From a virus (Duplodnaviria; Caudoviricetes), in the IMG/VR virus record IMGVR_UViG_3300005805_000152, positions 1 through 44,024 of that record: 44,024 nucleotides of DNA. The stretch is one strand, 5' to 3'. Shown piece by piece: positions 27,301 through 36,930 of this stretch. Positions within the stretch are counted from its first letter, which is position 1; the number at the start of each line of letters is the position of its first letter. Under the pieces are notes generated by a model. The model ran no database searches. It was not told the DNA's origin and saw only the letters and a program-made list of their open reading frames with translations. The translations under genes were made by a program, and so were the position numbers.

Positions 27301-30300
27301 TTGCTGATAAATTTAGAGCAACAGATACTTTAGATTTTAGACCAAGAGTCGCTAGATTTGCATCAACCACATCTTCACCATTTGATTTTACTAGCAGATC
27401 ATTTATACCTCTGAATTTATATAATGCAATATCACCAAATGAAAGTTCTGTAGTAGGATTTAGTTACTATTTGCCAAGAACAGATAAGATTGTTTTAAAT
27501 AAACTAGGACAATTATCTTTAATTAAAGGAGTTTCTGCTGAAACTCCCAAGGTTCCTCTTAATGTTGAAGAGGCAATGGATATAGCAACAATTGAATTGC
27601 CAGCATATCTCTATGATCCAAGAGATGCCAAAATTACTTTGGCAGATAATAGAAGATATACAATGAGGGACATTGGTAAACTTGAAGATAGGATTGAAAA
27701 TTTAGAGATCACTACATCTCTTTCTCTCCTAGAATTAAATACAAAAACTTTACAAGTTCAAGATGCTGATGGTCTTTCCAGATTTAAAACTGGATTTTTT
27801 GTTGATGACTTTAAGAACAATGATTTTGTTGAAAAAAATAATCCAGATGTAACTTCTGATGTTGATGTTTCTAAAAAACATCTACTTGCTCCTGTAGATT
27901 TCTGGTCATTAAAACTAGAATTAGCATTAGCACCATCCATTAATACAAATACTGCTGATTTTTCTCAAGACCTACCTCTATTAGATCCAAATGTTAGAAA
28001 AACTGGCGATTTAATTACATTAAATTATGAAGAAGTTGGATGGATTGAGCAGCCTTTAGCATCAAATGTTGAGAACGTAAACCCATTCAATGTTATTGAG
28101 TATACTGGTGGAATACTTCTTCAGCCAGCATCAGATAACTGGGTAAGAAACATTTATATTGAAAATAGAAGAACTGTTTATGCCCAGAGACAAGTTAGCA
28201 CCACTACAACTACTAGAGTAAGAACTGGACCTTGGTGGTGGTGGTGGTGGAGAAGGCCACAAACAGAGACAACAACTACCACAACAAGCGTAAGTGGAAG
28301 TCCTATTGGTGAATATGATTATGTTGAAAGTGTAAGGGTTACTGAAGAACCAGATGTCTATATGAGATCTAGAAATGTTGAGTTTAGATCTGGTGGTTTA
28401 AAACCATCAACTCAACATTATCCATATATTGATGATATTAGTACTATTGATTATATACCAAAACTTCTGGAAGTTACAATGGTTTCTGGTAACTTCCAAG
28501 TTGGTGAAAACATTAGAGGATTTGATGGTGGAGACCAAATCTTATTCGCAAGACTATCTCGACCAGATCATAAAAATGGAACATATAACAGCCCAAATAG
28601 AACGTTCCAAATAAATCCATATAACAGAACATCTACACTACCAACTTCATATTCAGCATCAGCAACTGTGTTGAATATTGATACTTTCTCACTCGCAGAA
28701 GAATCAATTACAAAATATGGTGGATATGCTATTGTTGGAATGCAAATTGTTGGTGAAACAAGTGGTGCAATCGCAACAGTTTCAAATTTACGTTTAGTAA
28801 CTGATAATTATGGTGATTTAATTGGATCTTTCTATATCAGAGACCCTAATGACAATCCACCACCACTCGTTAGACTTAAAACTGGAACAAGAACATTTAG
28901 ATTAACTGCGGTTCCAGTTGGAATTACTGCTCTTCCAGGAAGTACAACTTTTGCAAGTAATGCTGAAGCTGGATATACTGCTAATGGAACAACCCAAACT
29001 CAAGTAACTAATATTGTTCAAGTTAGAAATCCACCACCACCACCGCCACCACCACCACCACAAAGAAGAGGTGGAAAAGACCCTCTTGCACAATCATTCA
29101 CTGTTGATGAGACGGGCGCTTTCTTAACATCTGTCGATGTTTACTTTGGTGCAAAAGATCCTAACGAAAAACTTTATGTTGAACTAAGAACTGTTGAGTT
29201 GGGAACACCAACAAATCAATTGGTACAAGATTACGCTCGTGTAATTTTAGAACCAAGTGAAATTAACACTTCAGCAGATGCTTCCGTTGCAACAAGGATT
29301 ACTTTCCCATCCCCAGTATACCTACAACCAAGAACTGAATATGCTTTAGTATTCCTTGCCCCAACATCAGATCTTTATGAGATGTGGGTAGGTACTATGG
29401 GTCAAAAGACAGTAAACACCCAAAGTCTACCAAATGCAGAAAGTGTAGTCGTCACTAAACAATATTCTGGTGGAAGTTTGTTTAAATCACAAAATGGTAC
29501 GATTTGGACAGCAAGTCAGTATCAAGATTTGAAATTTAAACTCTATAAAGCTAAATTTACTTCCCAAAGTGGTGATGTTGTTTTCTATAATCCACCAATT
29601 AGATCTGGTGAGTCGACTGTACCATTCCTAAACTCCAATTCAGTAAGGACACTTCCAAGAAAGTTAAGAGTTGGAATTACAACTAATACTGCAATGGAAC
29701 CAATTCTTACTACTGGAAGAAGAGTAAGTTGCAGTGGTGGTGGTCCTATTGCTACTATTGAAAATGTTGGTGGTCCAATTAATACTTTAAACGTTGTAAA
29801 TACTGGTATTGGTTATTCTACTGGTGCTTTCCAAGATGTTGAACTTTACAGTATCACTGGATCTGGATTTGGTGCAAAAGCAACTATTAACTTCCTAAGT
29901 GGTTCTATTTCAGCACCACCAAACATTACTAACGTTGATGAATGTAGAGGTTATAAAGTAGGAGATGTGCTGGGAATTGTTACTAGTACAGTTGTGAAAG
30001 GATCTGGAGCAAGAATATCAGTTGCTGATCTAACAGGAATTGATACTCTATACCTAACAAACACCCAAGGAGAAACATTCACCCCTGGCGCTAGTTTAAT
30101 TTACTATGATGATAATACTCAGGTATCAACTGCTTCAACCTTTATAACTTCATCCACTGTTGAAAGCCCAATATATGCTGGAAACGTAGTTGAGATAACT
30201 CAATTTAATCATGCTATGCACGGTGATAATAATAAAGTTCAAATTATAAACATTGAACCAGATACTACCCCACTTACGATAACTTCTGCTTTGGGCATAA

Positions 30301-31502
30301 GTGATAGTTCAATTTCGGTCGGAAGTACAACGCCATTTTCTACCTTTGAAGGAATTACCACTTCAAGGGGATATGTAAGACTCAATAGTGAGATTATTTA
30401 CTACAATTCAATAGGCACTGGAGTATTGGGTATTGGAACTAGAGGAGTTGATGGAACTCTGGTTAGAAATCATACTAATGGAAGTCAAATTCAGAAATAT
30501 GAATTAAATGGCGTTTCACTAACAAAATTAAATAAAGTTCATGACGTATCTGCTAATTCAACTCTTAAAAAATTAAAAGACGTTGATACTTACTATATTG
30601 AGTTTGATAGAGAAGACAGATCTAGTGGCAGTAGCCAAATTAGTTTTGCTTCTGAAGAGTTTGCTGGTGGACCTATTATTTCTGCATCTCAAAATTATCA
30701 ATTCAGTAGTATTATCCCACAGTTTAATATAATAACTCCAGGGCAGACTACAACTGTTTCTGCTCAGATGAGAAGCGTAAGTGGGACTAGTGCTGGTGGA
30801 TCTGAAGTTTCTTTCGTTGATCAAGGATATCAACCAGTAGAGTTGAACAAAGCCAACTTCTTAACTAGCCCAAGATTGATTGTTTCCGAAATAAATGAAA
30901 CTACAAGATTGACAAATCTTCCTAAAAATAAATCATTTACAATGAGGATTAGGATGGAATCAACTGATCCCAATCTATCACCAGTACTGGACACTCAAAC
31001 AGCACTCATTGTAACTGGTAGGAATAAAATTAACAATCCAATTACTGATTATGTGACCGATGGAAGGGTAAATCAAATTACTGGAGATCCACATAGTTCG
31101 ATTTATATTGGAAGAAGAGTTGACTTACAACAATCTGCAACTTCGTTAAAAGTTCTATTGGGTGCTTGCAGACCTGCACAATCAGATTTTAGAGTTCTTT
31201 ATAGAACATTTAAAGCTGATTCTAGTGAAGTTGATCCTTCTTTTGTATTATTCCCTGGTTATGATAACTTAAAAGATACTAATGGTGATGGATTTGGTGA
31301 TGAAATTCTAAATGTATATGGTAATAGTGGTCGACCAGATAAATTGGTTAGACCAAGTAGAAATGATGAATTTTTGGAATACCAATTTAGTGTTGATGAA
31401 TTAGATCCATTTACTGGATTTCAAATTAAAATTGTTATGAGCACAACTAATGAATCATTCCCACCTAAATTCAAAGATCTTAGAGTTATTGCTTTAGCAT
31501 AA
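24327..31502 (+). CDS. large virion structural protein, VrlC/DUF4815-like (2391 aa)
   Basis: NLN.SPYFDDF...NFYRVLFKPG.PVQARELT.LQS, APGADR, RT.DESGDY, RRYTMRDIG.LE.RI, DPLAQSF, QDLKFKLY.A.F. Confidence 0.88.
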   Translation: MPQKTNLNISPYFDDFNPDKNFYRVLFKPGFPVQARELTTLQSILQNQIESFGSHIFKEGSMVIPGGITYDDGYYSVKINPDHLGIDVTVYLNELIGKRVQGQSSGIVGTVKNYSLPPNDGVEDITIYVKYLSSGEDLVFKQFDDGETLITLDNVTYGNTTINSGDTVADLLEIGATAVGSAVGLDKGVYFIRGTFVDVSSSVIVLDPYSNNPSYRVGLTIIEDIVTDNDDSSLTDNAKGFSNYAAPGADRLKISTFLSKKLLDDFDDKNFVELLRVQNGEIKKLQDKSVYSIIKDYFAKRTFDESGDYSVSTFDLDILNSLNDGLANEGIYLKTEKTEQGNTPSDDLMCVKVSSGKAYVRGYDVDLPGSTIIDVEKPRDTKTISNALIPFEMGNLLRVNNVYGAPFTDITSNGSVINLYNQRRNSNTSGTGTLIGKARVYSFSVTDAAYTNASTEWDLYLFDVQTYTSLTINESVSGTQCPATSFVRGLSSNATGYVVSGAGSNELLLSQTSGTFIEGEPITINETNLISRSVVRIKAYNIEDVKSVYQDCTSITSALKSDFVADTVLYKTIAPRFAATDVITINNTGITTCPGKNFLGIRSDTIVRYQIPGTDVETFNRVISVASDGLSMQLGSVPTVSNIASGSLPTDPVNVPFTIGYPDIRNQDNIGLYTPLNAKDISNVSLSNSDLIVQTQITELSTNAVGTLSVNVSSTGISSAFFEAYDAERYSVHYANGSIEQLSSDQFSLNGDGTQLTLSGLTVNQSNNVTLNATVRKIEVKSKIKNFIRSEKLIVDKSSIGISTGLTTSSYYGLRVEDNEISLNYPDVVNVVAIYESLDTNTPIPDKLTFVSGLGLDINTILGEKIVGSNSGAIGQLVTRSSSTEVEFVYLNSRKFQAGENVTFEESQITSSIQLITKGSYLDITNRFILDKGQKEQYYDYSKIVRIQGAATPSKKILVIFNRYDININDDGDIITVNSYSGERFLSDIPTIADKFRATDTLDFRPRVARFASTTSSPFDFTSRSFIPLNLYNAISPNESSVVGFSYYLPRTDKIVLNKLGQLSLIKGVSAETPKVPLNVEEAMDIATIELPAYLYDPRDAKITLADNRRYTMRDIGKLEDRIENLEITTSLSLLELNTKTLQVQDADGLSRFKTGFFVDDFKNNDFVEKNNPDVTSDVDVSKKHLLAPVDFWSLKLELALAPSINTNTADFSQDLPLLDPNVRKTGDLITLNYEEVGWIEQPLASNVENVNPFNVIEYTGGILLQPASDNWVRNIYIENRRTVYAQRQVSTTTTTRVRTGPWWWWWWRRPQTETTTTTTSVSGSPIGEYDYVESVRVTEEPDVYMRSRNVEFRSGGLKPSTQHYPYIDDISTIDYIPKLLEVTMVSGNFQVGENIRGFDGGDQILFARLSRPDHKNGTYNSPNRTFQINPYNRTSTLPTSYSASATVLNIDTFSLAEESITKYGGYAIVGMQIVGETSGAIATVSNLRLVTDNYGDLIGSFYIRDPNDNPPPLVRLKTGTRTFRLTAVPVGITALPGSTTFASNAEAGYTANGTTQTQVTNIVQVRNPPPPPPPPPPQRRGGKDPLAQSFTVDETGAFLTSVDVYFGAKDPNEKLYVELRTVELGTPTNQLVQDYARVILEPSEINTSADASVATRITFPSPVYLQPRTEYALVFLAPTSDLYEMWVGTMGQKTVNTQSLPNAESVVVTKQYSGGSLFKSQNGTIWTASQYQDLKFKLYKAKFTSQSGDVVFYNPPIRSGESTVPFLNSNSVRTLPRKLRVGITTNTAMEPILTTGRRVSCSGGGPIATIENVGGPINTLNVVNTGIGYSTGAFQDVELYSITGSGFGAKATINFLSGSISAPPNITNVDECRGYKVGDVLGIVTSTVVKGSGARISVADLTGIDTLYLTNTQGETFTPGASLIYYDDNTQVSTASTFITSSTVESPIYAGNVVEITQFNHAMHGDNNKVQIINIEPDTTPLTITSALGISDSSISVGSTTPFSTFEGITTSRGYVRLNSEIIYYNSIGTGVLGIGTRGVDGTLVRNHTNGSQIQKYELNGVSLTKLNKVHDVSANSTLKKLKDVDTYYIEFDREDRSSGSSQISFASEEFAGGPIISASQNYQFSSIIPQFNIITPGQTTTVSAQMRSVSGTSAGGSEVSFVDQGYQPVELNKANFLTSPRLIVSEINETTRLTNLPKNKSFTMRIRMESTDPNLSPVLDTQTALIVTGRNKINNPITDYVTDGRVNQITGDPHSSIYIGRRVDLQQSATSLKVLLGACRPAQSDFRVLYRTFKADSSEVDPSFVLFPGYDNLKDTNGDGFGDEILNVYGNSGRPDKLVRPSRNDEFLEYQFSVDELDPFTGFQIKIVMSTTNESFPPKFKDLRVIALA
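28233..28250 (+). repeat. (TGG)6 microsatellite encoding Trp6
   Basis: Read directly; in frame within the VrlC-like gene. Confidence 0.95.
29031..29060 (+). repeat. (CCA)n repeat encoding Pro10
   Basis: (CCA)4 CCG (CCA)5; in frame. Confidence 0.95.
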
Positions 31503-31714
31503 TGATACCAGTAGAAGGACATAAAAATCTCTATAGAGATGAAAAGACGGGTGCCATTGTCAATTGTGACGAATTTGAGTACTCTCAATACATCTCTATT
31601 AGAGAAAAAAGAAGAAAAGAAAAGCAATCTCAAAAAGATGAATTGAATAAGTTAAAAGAAGATATTGATGAAATTAAAAGTTTGCTACGGGAGTTACTCA
31701 ATGGACCTAAATGA
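31502..31714 (+). CDS. small coiled-coil hypothetical protein
   Basis: VEGHKNLYRD..TGAIVN...EIKSLL motif typical downstream of VrlC-like genes. Confidence 0.8.
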   Translation: MIPVEGHKNLYRDEKTGAIVNCDEFEYSQYISIREKRRKEKQSQKDELNKLKEDIDEIKSLLRELLNGPK

Positions 31715-31880
31715 AATAAGACTATCAAACATAGATAAAATGTTTGAATATGAAAAGCAAGCAAGATTGGTTGATGAATGTAATGATATTGATCAACTAA
31801 AACATATGCTTAAATGCTCTATTAAATTATTCATTCAACAACAAGAGGTTATATCCCAACTGGGATCTTTAGGAGTATAA
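31701..31880 (+). CDS. NblA-like phycobilisome degradation adaptor (59 aa)
   Basis: MDLNEIRLSNIDKMFEYEKQARLVDECNDIDQLKHMLKCSIKLFIQQQEVISQL: size and L...F......R.V.....QL...L....L helix-loop-helix spacing resemble NblA. Confidence 0.5.
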   Translation: MDLNEIRLSNIDKMFEYEKQARLVDECNDIDQLKHMLKCSIKLFIQQQEVISQLGSLGV

Positions 31881-31883
31881 ATA
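31876..31883 (+). promoter_or_regulatory. T4-type late promoter
   Basis: TATAAATA. Confidence 0.85.
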
Positions 31884-31910
31884 GATTTTAGGTTCTGACA
31901 TTTCATATAA

Positions 31911-32249
31911 ATGGCAGTCTATGTAAACAATCTAGTCATAAATTCAGGCACAACGTTTGATCAGACATTTACTTTAGAAGATTCATATACGAATTCTCCA
32001 ATGGATCTGACAGGTTGCACTGTGTCTTCCCAAATGAGGAAGTGGTCTGGCAGCTCTACTGCAACTGAATTTAATGCACTAATAGTAAGGCCATTATTGG
32101 GTGAGATTTCTGTTGGATTAACAACTACTCAGACTTTGCAATTAAAACCAGGTCGTTATGTCTATGATGTTTTAGTTACTGCACCAGATGATGAGGTAAC
32201 TAAAGTTGTAGAAGGTATGGTTTTAGTTAGAGAAGGAGTTACAAGGTAA
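31911..32249 (+). CDS. virion structural protein (fibre/baseplate adaptor-like)
   Basis: NL.I..G.TF.QTF.L, DLTG....SQMRK, GRYVYDV, VVEG.V.V..GVT. Confidence 0.8.
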   Translation: MAVYVNNLVINSGTTFDQTFTLEDSYTNSPMDLTGCTVSSQMRKWSGSSTATEFNALIVRPLLGEISVGLTTTQTLQLKPGRYVYDVLVTAPDDEVTKVVEGMVLVREGVTR

Positions 32250-32479
32250 TGGCAGACATTAAAGTTAGAGTTGGGCAACAAAACGCAGTAAAAGTTGGTT
32301 CCGCTTTAATTGGAAAAAGAATAGCGTTATCTGATTTGATTGATGTTAACGCAAATCCAGTAGGATTATCTGATGGGATGGTTTTAGTATATAACGCATC
32401 AACCCAAAAATGGGATGCAACTTTAGAATTAACACCAGGAATTACTCAGAACTTAACCATCAATGGAGGTAGCTTTTAA
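32249..32479 (+). CDS. small virion protein with fibre-repeat motif
   Basis: LSDLIDV....DGMVLVYN....KW; C-terminal INGGSF. Confidence 0.75.
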   Translation: MADIKVRVGQQNAVKVGSALIGKRIALSDLIDVNANPVGLSDGMVLVYNASTQKWDATLELTPGITQNLTINGGSF

Positions 32480-34710
32480 TGGCAAGTATTATTAAGGTAA
32501 AAAGGTCAACTGGAACAGTTGCACCATTATCCCTTGAATATGGAGAATTAGCCTACACCGTTGGTGTTGGTACGCATGGAAATAATGGTGGAAGACTATT
32601 TATTGGTGATCTTGCGGATAACCCATTAGTAATTGGTGGTAGATATTTTGCAGATTTATTAAGTATTGGACCAGGATTAGTAGATGGTCAATCAAACCCA
32701 ACAACTCCAGCGAATGGATTTGTTGCAGTTCTTGACCAAAATAGAAAAGTAGATCAGTGGAATGTTGATAATTTAACGCTGGATGGAAATACATTATCAT
32801 CATCAAATACTGATGGTGATGTTATTTTAGATCCAAATGGAACTGGCGAAATTCTTGTTCCAGATGATACTTATTTGACATTTGGTACAAGTAAAGATGG
32901 AAAAATAAAATATGATGAATCTAGTAGCGATAAAGTAGAAGTCAGCGGTGCTGATTGGAGATTTGCTGCTGGAGTTCAGATAAATGTAGAGGATTCTACA
33001 GATTCTGGAAATAGTGGATCTGGGGCTTTTGTAGTTAGCGGTGGTGTTGGTGTTGGATTAAATCTTAATGTTGGTGGAGATACAGTATTAACAGGCGATT
33101 TAAAGATTAATGGTGGGGATTTAACCACAGATTTAACTAATTTTAATATTTTTGAGAATGGTGTTCTTAGTGCAAATGTTTTAACATCTGCAAACAATGT
33201 GACAATAGGTTCCGTTTCTGGAATTACATCAATTAGAAATGCTTTACTTGATATTTGGGGAAGAGTTAATATTGGTGGAACTTCAATAACGACCGATGAA
33301 GCAACTTTTGCTTTATTAAATGGTAGTGTAATAAATGCTGAGGTTCTCGGACAGGCTCAGAGCATTCTACTTGGATCTTCATCAGGCGTTACTACCATTA
33401 GAAATGCAACTGTTGATTTGGATGGTGATTTAAATGTAGATGGTGGTGATATTACGTCAAATCAAGCATTATTTAATCTACTAAACACAAATGTTACTTC
33501 AGCAAATGTTTTAAATGCTGCTTCAAGTATTATTCTTGGCGCAACAACTGGAGTAACTACAATCAGAAATGAGGCAACTCAATTCACAAATAGTTCTTCA
33601 AGTGGATATGTTTCTATTGCTGCAACAACTGATGCTTCAAGCACAACAACTGGTGCATTAAGAGTAGCAGGTGGAGTTGGCATCGCTTCTGATCTATATG
33701 TTGGTGGAGAATTTTGGTTAGAAGGGACAGCTAATATTACTGGTGATACTACATTTACTAATAGTGTAACTGTTCAAAAAAATCTAACAGTTGAGGGAAA
33801 TACAACTTTAGGAGATAGTTCAACCGATTCTATCTATGTAACTGGAATTACCACAGTTACTGGTCCAATTTATCAGACTGGTACATTTAATAATAGTGGT
33901 GGAATTAACGTTGATAACATTGGAATTTCTTCTAATACAATCTATACTAAGTCTGGAACTGGAAATACACTATACTTAGACCCATATCCAGATGGATTAA
34001 GTAATGAAGGAACTGTTGTTATTAAAGGCGATCTCCAAGTTGATGGAACAACGACTTCTGTTAATTCAAATACAGTAACTGTTGATGATCCAATTCTAAA
34101 TCTTGGTAATGTAACTCTTCAAAGAACAGTAATGAGCCCAGTACTTGCTGGGGTTAGCTCAATTAGACTTGATTCTGTTATTGGAATTAATACCGCAGAT
34201 GTTGTAAGTGGAAATTCTAACCTTTCATTATCTGGAGTTACAACTGTTACCAGTGTTGATTATGATAATAAAATTATCTTCATTGATGACACCGTTCTTG
34301 TAGGTGGAATTAGCACTGGAGCGCAGTTAACAATCACAACTGCTTATGATACAAATACTGATAGAGGTATTTCTTTTAATTATAACACAAGTTCTGGAGT
34401 TGCTAACAATAAAGTTGGTTTCTTTGGTTATCACGACCAAACTGGAAATTGGACTTATATCCCAGACGCAACTATCACAAATAGTGTAGCTGCTGGCATT
34501 AAAGGAACTTTAGATGTTGGAGCACTTTTACTTGATTGGTCAGTTTCTGGTATTTCAACCAGAGGTGCTGCATACTTTGATTCTAATGGAAAACTTATCA
34601 GCACTGGAACACCTGAAACGACTTTCGTTTCAAATTCCAACTACATACTTACAACAGATGGTTCAAACGTACCCGTTTGGACAGATACCCTTGACGGAGG
34701 AACGTTCTAA
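32479..34710 (+). CDS. tail fibre-like protein
   Basis: IKVKRS.G..AP..L.YGELAY N-terminus, GAL.V.GGVGI repeats, C-terminal LDGGTF. Confidence 0.8.
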   Translation: MASIIKVKRSTGTVAPLSLEYGELAYTVGVGTHGNNGGRLFIGDLADNPLVIGGRYFADLLSIGPGLVDGQSNPTTPANGFVAVLDQNRKVDQWNVDNLTLDGNTLSSSNTDGDVILDPNGTGEILVPDDTYLTFGTSKDGKIKYDESSSDKVEVSGADWRFAAGVQINVEDSTDSGNSGSGAFVVSGGVGVGLNLNVGGDTVLTGDLKINGGDLTTDLTNFNIFENGVLSANVLTSANNVTIGSVSGITSIRNALLDIWGRVNIGGTSITTDEATFALLNGSVINAEVLGQAQSILLGSSSGVTTIRNATVDLDGDLNVDGGDITSNQALFNLLNTNVTSANVLNAASSIILGATTGVTTIRNEATQFTNSSSSGYVSIAATTDASSTTTGALRVAGGVGIASDLYVGGEFWLEGTANITGDTTFTNSVTVQKNLTVEGNTTLGDSSTDSIYVTGITTVTGPIYQTGTFNNSGGINVDNIGISSNTIYTKSGTGNTLYLDPYPDGLSNEGTVVIKGDLQVDGTTTSVNSNTVTVDDPILNLGNVTLQRTVMSPVLAGVSSIRLDSVIGINTADVVSGNSNLSLSGVTTVTSVDYDNKIIFIDDTVLVGGISTGAQLTITTAYDTNTDRGISFNYNTSSGVANNKVGFFGYHDQTGNWTYIPDATITNSVAAGIKGTLDVGALLLDWSVSGISTRGAAYFDSNGKLISTGTPETTFVSNSNYILTTDGSNVPVWTDTLDGGTF

Positions 34711-34712
34711 AA

Positions 34713-34961
34713 ATGCAAAATGATAATGATATTGATGTGAATTTGGTTGTTAATATTTACAATCAAAAAATATCATCATTAATTAACCAAAATGTTTTAC
34801 TTGAAGCAAAGATTCAATCTTTAGTTAAATTATTTAACGAAGAAAAAAATTCTTTATTGATGGCAAATCTTGAGTTGCAAAAAAAGATTGATCTTATTAA
34901 TAAAGAGAAAAAATCTTCAAAAAAAGAAGAGACCGAATACGAAGAATCTGGAGTTGATTAA
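34713..34961 (+). CDS. coiled-coil hypothetical protein
   Basis: ORF track; Y.QKIS.L.NQNVLLEAK; precedes gp13. Confidence 0.8.
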   Translation: MQNDNDIDVNLVVNIYNQKISSLINQNVLLEAKIQSLVKLFNEEKNSLLMANLELQKKIDLINKEKKSSKKEETEYEESGVD

Positions 34962-35812
34962 TGAAGCCATCAACACGTCAAGAATTAGTTGATTACTGTT
35001 TAAGGAGATTGGGAGCACCCGTACTGGAGATAAATGTTGATGATGATCAGATTGATGATTTAGTTGATGATGCCCTCCAATACTTCAATGAAAGACATTT
35101 TGATGGTGTTGAAAGAATGTATTTGAAATATCAACTCACAGAAGATGACATTGCTAGAGGAATAGCAGATCCACTAGGTGCAAATCGTGATGCTCCTGTG
35201 GGAGTTGTGACTACAACTGGATCTGCTTCAATTAATGGTGTTACGAAAACATTTAATTGGTATGAAAATTCGAATTTTATACAATGCCCAGATTCTGTAA
35301 TTGGAATAGAAAAGATATGGAAGTTTGACACTAGTTCCATATCTGGCGGTATGTTTAGTATCAAATATCAATTATTTTTAAATGACTTATATTATTTTAA
35401 CTCTGTTGAACTATTGCAATATGCAATGGTAAAAACTTATTTGGAAGACATTGACTTTTTGTTAACGACAGATAAACAAGTAAGATTTAACAAGAGACAA
35501 AACAGACTCTATCTTGATATTGATTGGAATGCACAAAGAGCAGGTAATTTTTTAGTTTTGGATTGTTACAGGATTCTCAACCCAAATGATTTTACAAAGG
35601 TATATAACGATAGTTTTCTTAAAAAATATTTAACTGCTTTAATTAAACGTCAGTGGGGACAAAACTTAATTAAGTTTAGGGGCGTTAAATTACCAGGTGG
35701 TATAGAATTAAATGGTAGAGAATTATATGAAGATGCTGAAAGAGAACTAAGTGATCTTCAATCGAGAATGTCTATGGATTATGAACTTCCTCCTTACGAC
35801 TTTATTGGATAA
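34961..35812 (+). CDS. gp13: neck protein gp13
   Basis: P.TRQEL.DYCLRRLGAPVLEINV, HFDG, KRQWGQNL.KF.GV.LPGG. Confidence 0.95.
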   Translation: MKPSTRQELVDYCLRRLGAPVLEINVDDDQIDDLVDDALQYFNERHFDGVERMYLKYQLTEDDIARGIADPLGANRDAPVGVVTTTGSASINGVTKTFNWYENSNFIQCPDSVIGIEKIWKFDTSSISGGMFSIKYQLFLNDLYYFNSVELLQYAMVKTYLEDIDFLLTTDKQVRFNKRQNRLYLDIDWNAQRAGNFLVLDCYRILNPNDFTKVYNDSFLKKYLTALIKRQWGQNLIKFRGVKLPGGIELNGRELYEDAERELSDLQSRMSMDYELPPYDFIG

Positions 35813-36909
35813 TGGCACTTAATCCTTTTTTCTTACAAGGTTCTCCTGGAGAACAAAGATTAGTTCAGGAATTGATTAATGAGCACCTAAGGATATATGG
35901 TGTTGAAGTAACTTATATTCCCAGAAAATTTGTAAGAAAGCAAACAATTATAGAAGAAATTCAATCATCAAAATTTGATGATAATTTTTTATTGGAAGCA
36001 TATGTCAATAATTATGAAGGTTATTCTGGATCTGGAGATATTCTGACAAAATTCGGAATGAGTTTAAGAGATGAACTAGATTTAGTTATATCGAAGGAAA
36101 GGTTTGAAGATTTTATCATTCCATTTTTAAATGCAATGGATGAAAATGAGATTGAATTAGCATCAAGACCTCGTGAAGGAGATCTAGTTTATTTTCCTTT
36201 GGGGAGAAGATTGTTCGAAGTCAAATTCGTAGAGCATGAACAACCTTTTTATCAATTGGGTAAAAATTATGTTTATGAAATTAAATGTGAATTATTTGAA
36301 TATGAGGATGAAGTTCTTGATACGACAATTCAAGAAATTGATACTACCCTACAAGATCAAGGATATATTACTACATTAAGTCTTATTGGGGTTGGTAGAA
36401 CTGCAACTGCAAATGCTGTTTTAAACAATACTGTTGGATATATTGATAAAATTTATTTGAATAATGATGGTTATGGATATAAATCTAAACCAACTATTAC
36501 TATCACACCCTCGCAAGCTTCTGGTGGAAATGCATCTGCAGTTGCGATTACAACAAGTGTTGGTGATTCATATTCTTTAAAAGATATATTGCTAGTAAGT
36601 GCTGGTTATGGTTATACAGTAGCACCAACTATAACGATTACTGGAGGTGGTGGGGTTGGAGCTGCTGCAACGTGTTCGATTAGATCAATTGGAAAGGGTG
36701 TTGTTAGAATTGTTGTTACTGATGGTGGAGTTGGTTATTCAACCGCACCAGTTATCCAAATATCACCACCAAATGTTAGTGGGGATACTTCTTTTGTAAA
36801 TGTTCAAACAACATTAGATGATAGTTTTGTGTTCCCATACAAACCATCTATTGATTCTAATGTAATAACATTTGGTCAAACTGGTTTAACATTCGATATT
36901 AATTCATAA
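35812..36909 (+). CDS. gp14: neck protein gp14, N-terminal part with a novel C-terminus
   Basis: NPFFLQG...EQRLVQELI.E, RP.EGDL.YFP...RLFE.KFVEHE.PFYQLGK; lacks the DF.E.NPFG C-terminus. Confidence 0.9.
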   Translation: MALNPFFLQGSPGEQRLVQELINEHLRIYGVEVTYIPRKFVRKQTIIEEIQSSKFDDNFLLEAYVNNYEGYSGSGDILTKFGMSLRDELDLVISKERFEDFIIPFLNAMDENEIELASRPREGDLVYFPLGRRLFEVKFVEHEQPFYQLGKNYVYEIKCELFEYEDEVLDTTIQEIDTTLQDQGYITTLSLIGVGRTATANAVLNNTVGYIDKIYLNNDGYGYKSKPTITITPSQASGGNASAVAITTSVGDSYSLKDILLVSAGYGYTVAPTITITGGGGVGAAATCSIRSIGKGVVRIVVTDGGVGYSTAPVIQISPPNVSGDTSFVNVQTTLDDSFVFPYKPSIDSNVITFGQTGLTFDINS

Positions 36910-36912
36910 ATA
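36905..36912 (+). promoter_or_regulatory. late promoter of the inserted module
   Basis: CATAAATA overlapping the gp14-N stop. Confidence 0.6.
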
Positions 36913-36930
36913 AAATAAAAGATCAGACTA

